Source: Escherichia phage Cyrano. From it: DNA of 64,000 nt. The DNA is taken from the sequence record OV696614, one strand, 5' to 3'. This document shows, piece by piece, positions 58,996 through 64,000 of the stretch; the first letter of the stretch is position 1, and each line of letters begins with the position of its first letter. The translations under genes were made by a program, and so were the position numbers. The notes under the pieces are model-generated. The model was not told where the DNA came from, ran no database searches, and saw only the letters and a program-made list of their open reading frames with translations.

Positions 58996-61029
58996 ATGAC
59001 CCAAGTCGCGAAGAAAATTCTGGTGACGTGCGCGCTGCCGTACGCTAACGGCTCAATCCACCTCGGCCATATGCTGGAGCACATCCAGGCTGATGTCTGG
59101 GTTCGTTACCAGCGAATGCGCGGCCACGAGGTTAATTTCATCTGTGCCGACGATGCCCACGGTACGCCGATCATGCTGAAAGCACAGCAGCTTGGTATCA
59201 CACCGGAGCAGATGATTGGCGAAATGAGTCAGGAGCATCAGACTGATTTCGCAGGCTTTAACATCAGCTATGACAACTATCACTCGACGCACAGCGAAGA
59301 GAACCGTCAGTTGTCTGAGCTTATCTATACTCGCCTGAAAGAGAACGGTTTTATTAAAAACCGCACTATCTCTCAGTTGTACGACCCGGAAAAAGGCATG
59401 TTCCTGCCGGATCGTTTTGTGAAAGGCACCTGCCCGAAATGTAAAGCGCCAGATCAATACGGCGATAACTGTGAAGTCTGCGGCGCAACATATAGCCCGA
59501 CTGAATTGATCGAGCCGAAATCGGTGGTTTCTGGCGCTACCCCGGTAATGCGTGATTCCGAACACTTCTTCTTTGATCTGCCTTCTTTCAGCGAAATGTT
59601 GCAGGCATGGACCCGCAGCGGCGCGTTGCAGGAGCAGGTGGCAAACAAAATGCAGGAGTGGTTTGAATCTGGCCTGCAACAGTGGGATATCTCCCGCGAT
59701 GCGCCTTACTTCGGTTTTGAAATTCCGGACGCGCCGGGCAAATATTTCTACGTCTGGCTGGACGCGCCGATTGGCTACATGGGTTCCTTCAAGAATCTGT
59801 GCGACAAGCGCGGCGATACCACCAGCTTCGATGAATACTGGAAGAAAGACTCCACCGCCGAGCTGTACCACTTCATCGGTAAAGATATTGTTTACTTCCA
59901 CAGCCTGTTCTGGCCTGCCATGCTGGAAGGCAGCAACTTCCGCAAGCCGACCAACCTGTTTGTTCACGGCTATGTGACGGTGAACGGCGCGAAGATGTCC
60001 AAGTCTCGCGGCACCTTTATTAAAGCCAGCACCTGGCTGAATCATTTTGACGCTGACAGCCTGCGTTACTACTACACTGCGAAACTCTCTTCGCGCATTG
60101 ATGATATCGATCTCAACCTGGAGGATTTCGTTCAGCGCGTGAATGCCGATATCGTGAACAAAGTGGTTAACCTGGCCTCCCGTAATGCAGGCTTTATCAA
60201 CAAGCGTTTTGACGGCGTGCTGGCAAGCGAACTGGCTGACCCGCAACTGTACAAAACCTTTACTGATGCCGCTGAAGTGATTGGCGAAGCATGGGAAAGC
60301 CGTGAATTTGGTAAAGCTATCCGTGAAATCATGGCATTGGCTGACCTGGCTAACCGCTATGTCGATGAACAGGCTCCGTGGGTGGTGGCGAAGCAGGAAG
60401 GACGCGATGCCGATCTGCAGGCGATTTGCTCTATGGGCATTAACCTGTTCCGCGTGCTGATGACGTACCTGAAGCCGGTACTGCCGAAACTGACTGAACG
60501 TGCAGAAGCATTCCTGAATACAGAACTGACCTGGGATGGCATCCAGCAACCGTTGCTGGGCCATAAAGTGAATCCGTTCAAGGCACTGTATAACCGCATC
60601 GATATGAAGCAGGTTGAAGCACTGGTGGAAGCATCCAAAGAAGAAGTGAAAGCCACAGCCGCACCGGTAACTGGCCCACTGGCTGACGACCCGATTCAGG
60701 AAACTATCACCTTTGACGACTTCGCCAAAGTTGACCTGCGCGTGGCGCTGATTGAAAACGCAGAGTTTGTAGAAGGTTCTGACAAACTGCTACGCCTGAC
60801 GCTGGATCTCGGTGGTGAAAAGCGTAATGTCTTCTCAGGCATCCGTTCTGCTTATCCAGACCCACAGGCACTGATTGGTCGTCACACCATTATGGTGGCT
60901 AACCTGGCTCCGCGTAAAATGCGCTTCGGTATCTCCGAAGGCATGGTGATGGCTGCTGGCCCCGGCGGGAAAGATATCTTCCTGTTAAGCCCGGATGCTG
61001 GTGCTAAACCAGGCCACCAGGTTAAGTAA
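58996..61029 (+). CDS. metG: Methionyl-tRNA synthetase
   Basis: Start set at [26 protein letters not shown] (HIGH motif), KMSKS present, zinc-knuckle CPKC..CEVC, C-terminal tRNA-binding domain; 677 aa. Confidence 0.9.
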   Translation: MTQVAKKILVTCALPYANGSIHLGHMLEHIQADVWVRYQRMRGHEVNFICADDAHGTPIMLKAQQLGITPEQMIGEMSQEHQTDFAGFNISYDNYHSTHSEENRQLSELIYTRLKENGFIKNRTISQLYDPEKGMFLPDRFVKGTCPKCKAPDQYGDNCEVCGATYSPTELIEPKSVVSGATPVMRDSEHFFFDLPSFSEMLQAWTRSGALQEQVANKMQEWFESGLQQWDISRDAPYFGFEIPDAPGKYFYVWLDAPIGYMGSFKNLCDKRGDTTSFDEYWKKDSTAELYHFIGKDIVYFHSLFWPAMLEGSNFRKPTNLFVHGYVTVNGAKMSKSRGTFIKASTWLNHFDADSLRYYYTAKLSSRIDDIDLNLEDFVQRVNADIVNKVVNLASRNAGFINKRFDGVLASELADPQLYKTFTDAAEVIGEAWESREFGKAIREIMALADLANRYVDEQAPWVVAKQEGRDADLQAICSMGINLFRVLMTYLKPVLPKLTERAEAFLNTELTWDGIQQPLLGHKVNPFKALYNRIDMKQVEALVEASKEEVKATAAPVTGPLADDPIQETITFDDFAKVDLRVALIENAEFVEGSDKLLRLTLDLGGEKRNVFSGIRSAYPDPQALIGRHTIMVANLAPRKMRFGISEGMVMAAGPGGKDIFLLSPDAGAKPGHQVK

Positions 61030-61049
61030 TTAAACAACCTCTCTTCGCA

Positions 61050-61076
61050 ATGCCCGGCAACACGCCGGGCATTTTC
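61050..61076 (+). terminator. Rho-independent terminator after metG
   Basis: gcccggcaacacgccgggc hairpin then atttt. Confidence 0.65.
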
Positions 61077-61102
61077 ATATAGACACAATCCCTTCTGATT
61101 TA

Positions 61103-61117
61103 CACAGTACCTAAAAC
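61103..61117. promoter_or_regulatory. Palindromic motif AAACAA-N-TTGTTT
   Basis: aaaacaatttgtttt downstream of metG. Confidence 0.4.
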
Positions 61118-61153
61118 AATTTGTTTTCTGCCTTTTGTTGATTGAGATAATAA

Positions 61154-61167
61154 GCCACATAAGAAAA
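61154..61167. promoter_or_regulatory. Palindromic motif AAACAA-N-TTGTTT
   Basis: aaaacaaattgttt about 15 nt upstream of the 61182 start. Confidence 0.4.
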
Positions 61168-61181
61168 CAAATTGTTTCGGA

Positions 61182-61490
61182 GTGGTTGAAATGTTGAACA
61201 TTACCCAAGCCTACCAGGTGGCATTGATCAGTTCATCTCATACATCAGAGGAAGATGCTCGCCGATTCATGATCGCAAGCAATGAGCTGGATTGGGTTTC
61301 ACAAATTGATGGCGGTTGTATTGTCCACGCCGGGTTACAGGATGATGTCTGGAAAGAGGACTTGCGTCGATATGGTATATCCGAAGGCGCGATTGCTAAC
61401 ATTCAGAAAGTACTTGATGTAGGCTTTGACTCTGTACATTTTGATTGTGGTGCACCGGTCGTTGAAGGGCTTGAGTGCTGGAACTGGTAA
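61182..61490 (+). CDS. hypothetical protein
   Basis: 102 aa. Confidence 0.45.
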   Translation: MVEMLNITQAYQVALISSSHTSEEDARRFMIASNELDWVSQIDGGCIVHAGLQDDVWKEDLRRYGISEGAIANIQKVLDVGFDSVHFDCGAPVVEGLECWNW

Positions 61491-61535
61491 CAGATATTAA
61501 AGCATTGGTAGTTTGTTTTTAGGATTATCAAAGAA

Positions 61536-62270
61536 ATGAAAAAGTTGAAAAGTTTAGAAATCCCTGGAACTGGTTATAAATTCTTTATGGACAACGCGGA
61601 GTGTGCACCTAACGCGTTGGAAAAAATACAAAGTCTTATCAACAGCCTTACTGAAGAAGCGAAAGAACTGAAGAGCGAGGCGACAAAGGACAATACAGCT
61701 AAAATCCAATGCTTAAATCTCGTCTCTTATTGTTTATATCAAGTATCCAAAACACTGATTAAAGGCAATATCTATTACGACGATGAAGACACCTCGACAC
61801 CTGAAGAAAAAGATAGCGATGAAGAACTCTATGAAGATATCTCTACTAGTGCGGGTCACGCTGCCTTCGATGCTATGGGTGAATCGTCAGGCATCAGATC
61901 ATTTGTTGAACAGAACAATTCGACAATAATGATTGAGTACTGTGAACAAACAAGCTCCAAGGCCATACATGTTCTTCACGATGTTGCTGCAGGGGTTCGC
62001 TGTGAGGCTGAAGCGGTCAGAAAAGATGTATTTGGTGCAGACAGTAATACCGTGAAAGCGTTTATCAACAGTGCTCTGCTAAATTCTTACTCAAACCTTA
62101 TAGTCAATGCGGCACTATGCGCAAATTCAGGTGAAGAACACATTGTCATAACTGAAACCAAACATGAGCATCAACAGTCACCAACCATAGAAGAGGTAAC
62201 TGCATTGGCTATCAAACAGGCGAGTGAAATTAGTGATGAAATTCTCTCTCTGCTAAACAAAACTAAGTAA
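61536..62270 (+). CDS. hypothetical acidic protein
   Basis: 244 aa; acidic, Ser/Glu-rich. Confidence 0.45.
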   Translation: MKKLKSLEIPGTGYKFFMDNAECAPNALEKIQSLINSLTEEAKELKSEATKDNTAKIQCLNLVSYCLYQVSKTLIKGNIYYDDEDTSTPEEKDSDEELYEDISTSAGHAAFDAMGESSGIRSFVEQNNSTIMIEYCEQTSSKAIHVLHDVAAGVRCEAEAVRKDVFGADSNTVKAFINSALLNSYSNLIVNAALCANSGEEHIVITETKHEHQQSPTIEEVTALAIKQASEISDEILSLLNKTK

Positions 62271-62399
62271 AACATTGATAATGGCGGTCACAATTTGATT
62301 CTTTTCTATAAGAATCCGTTGATCGCCACTACTCCCCTTCCATACCCGCAACCACATCCTTAAATATCAATAAGTTATAGTTGTTTATACAATCAAGAA

Positions 62400-63120
62400 A
62401 ACAACTGAATAACAGATCAACGAAACGTCAACGCTTTCACCCGATTTGGCCTAAAAAATTGACGTTTTCACACATCACTGCTTATACCCGTAATTCTACG
62501 CAGCAGACAGCACCACAGCGTTCAATTTTCACCACAGACGACTCAACACACTACCAACAAAAACACACGCTCAAAATCGCTCCCGTTGCGTTACATAACC
62601 ATATAAACAACTTATTTTCAGGCATAACAAAACAACTAAATAACACATATGCCATTACCCAAAACAACCAACCTCTTTATGGCAGGCTACCGAAAAGACC
62701 CACCTCTTCTTCCCAGGCTACCGGACAACCAACCTAACTTTCACAGGCAATCCGAAAACATTCATACGCGCGATACCCACGACACGCCATTACCCAAACA
62801 GCGAAGAAACACCAGAATCACTGAAACCCCAACGAAGCCTGTAACCGCAAGGTTTCTCTCAATCCCAAAAGACACGAAACATAACAATCACGGGAAACGC
62901 CATTACCCAATACACGAATAACTACAAAAGCCTTTCACACACTCCAGACAAACAACTCAAACACAATAACGAAAGGAATCGCCCACCTGCCATTACTCCA
63001 TACACGGAGAAGAACAATCACCAAAACGACGAGAACACCCCATAGAAGAACCACCGCAAAACTAACGAAACCACATACACCGACAGAGAAAACAACACAC
63101 CCAATTCACCAACAGAAATA
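62400..63120. repeat. Strand-asymmetric A+C-rich noncoding region with dispersed GCCATTACYC repeats
   Basis: Top strand almost devoid of G and T runs; four copies of gccattac(c/t)c at about 62651, 62786, 62899 and 62989. Confidence 0.5.
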
Positions 63121-63329
63121 GTCGCCGTATAGAACGTTCTGGAAGGAGTGAGCATTAACGCCTATAGAGAGGTTGAAACAGATAAAACACGAAGAAAACA
63201 CAACATGTATAGCGAACAAGACAGGTATGTATAAGTGGGGAGGGAAGGAGGGGTGTCGCCTCCTTTTTCGTATTTATTCAACTCCTGATTTTATCCCCCG
63301 TAACACCCCTACGGTCAGCCTTCGGTCCA

Positions 63330-63475
63330 TACAGGGAAAAGGCTGCATCCCGCTACAGAAACGGCTGGGTTGCCTTCGGGGAACGGCTGGAGGTTTTCAG
63401 GGAAACGGTCGAGTTGCCTGTGTGGATTTCGGGAAAAGGCTCGATGCCGGTTCAGGAACGGCGGCGTACCGGTAT
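63330..63475. repeat. G-rich iteron-like direct repeat array
   Basis: About six units resembling cAGGGAAAcGGCTsG at 22-23 bp periodicity. Confidence 0.5.
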
Positions 63476-63789
63476 AGCGTGAGGGAGAGTTGCGGCTACC
63501 CACCTGTAATGTGCGGGAAGAAGAGAGGCGCTCACGTGCAGGCGAACTTACTTACCGCAGGATTCCCTCTGAATGCCCAACTACAGCGTAATTGTGCCAG
63601 ACAGCCAACGGGCCACAATCGATTTCAGTAGGTTTTCGGGGAGATGATTATTCTGCCCACCAGCCACCTTCGGCCACTAAATCAGAATAATGTAAAAAGT
63701 GTACTCGGTACTGAACCTGAAAACTCACTGCCAAAACCACATTCACCGGAATAAAATCCTTTTTCGCCTTTGCGTTATTGCGATAATAA

Positions 63790-63805
63790 CACCATCAAGA
63801 AAACA
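63790..63805. promoter_or_regulatory. Palindromic motif AAACAT-N-TTGTTT (one mismatch)
   Basis: gaaaacatgttgtttaa about 10 nt upstream of the partial gene. Confidence 0.35.
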
Positions 63806-63815
63806 TGTTGTTTAA

Positions 63816-64000
63816 GGATTGCTTTATGTTTGCAAATATCGACATCAACCAAATTAAGAAATTGACTCAAAAAGAGTTTGACCAGTTTTATGAGTTAGAA
63901 GGTTGGTCTTCCACTCTGATTAATTCAAGATGGGTGCTGGAACTGATGACTCGTGATGACGCACCTGCTTTGATGATCAGCGACCTGGGTGAAGATGCTG
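63816..64000 (+). CDS. hypothetical protein (3' truncated by window end)
   Basis: ATG at 63816 read by hand, open to the end of the window. Confidence 0.4.

Noticed and set aside
112-61029. Many antisense or out-of-frame ORFs in the six-frame track that lie inside the large genes (for example 15093-15521, 59053-60564, 36170-36451, 4023-4682)
   Set aside because: They are fully contained in or opposite to genes with strong motif support, lack start contexts, and have biased composition typical of shadow ORFs. The 503-aa ORF antisense to metG is the clearest example.
62381-63631. ORF-track ORFs 62381-62737, 62649-62921 and 63173-63631
   Set aside because: Translations are low-complexity strings that follow from the A+C-rich composition and G-rich repeats; no RBS or start context; treated as noncoding repeat regions.

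Overview
This window reads as a large phage or phage-plasmid-like element rather than ordinary chromosome. About 56 kb is a densely packed, mostly plus-strand module for DNA replication, recombination and nucleotide metabolism: DnaB-like helicase, primase, ATP-dependent ligase, DnaE-type polymerase, gp32-like SSB, flap endonuclease, RecA-like recombinase, SbcCD, RuvC-like resolvase, NrdAB, thymidylate synthase, DHFR, RNase HI and two N6-adenine methyltransferases. It also holds a three-tRNA cluster (Asn, Thr, Ser), a P4-like tyrosine integrase with an XRE repressor, and a complete P1-type plasmid replicon (RepA flanked by iteron arrays, DnaA boxes and a GATC cluster). The 3' end carries a UmuD'/HumD-like gene behind a perfect LexA box, then enterobacterial housekeeping genes mrp(apbC) and metG, then more element-like genes and two unusual noncoding repeat regions. 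The strongest findings are the plasmid replicon inside a phage-type genome, an intein with a homing endonuclease in the RecA P-loop, host-like mrp-metG flanked on both sides by element-specific motifs, and three recurrent sequence motifs that look like an element-specific regulatory code. All identifications come from reading the sequence and from remembered family motifs; no database search was run. Hand-located motif coordinates may be off by 1-2 nt, and one hand count (near 27596) disagreed with the ORF track by 1 nt; CDS coordinates follow the ORF track and include the stop codon.
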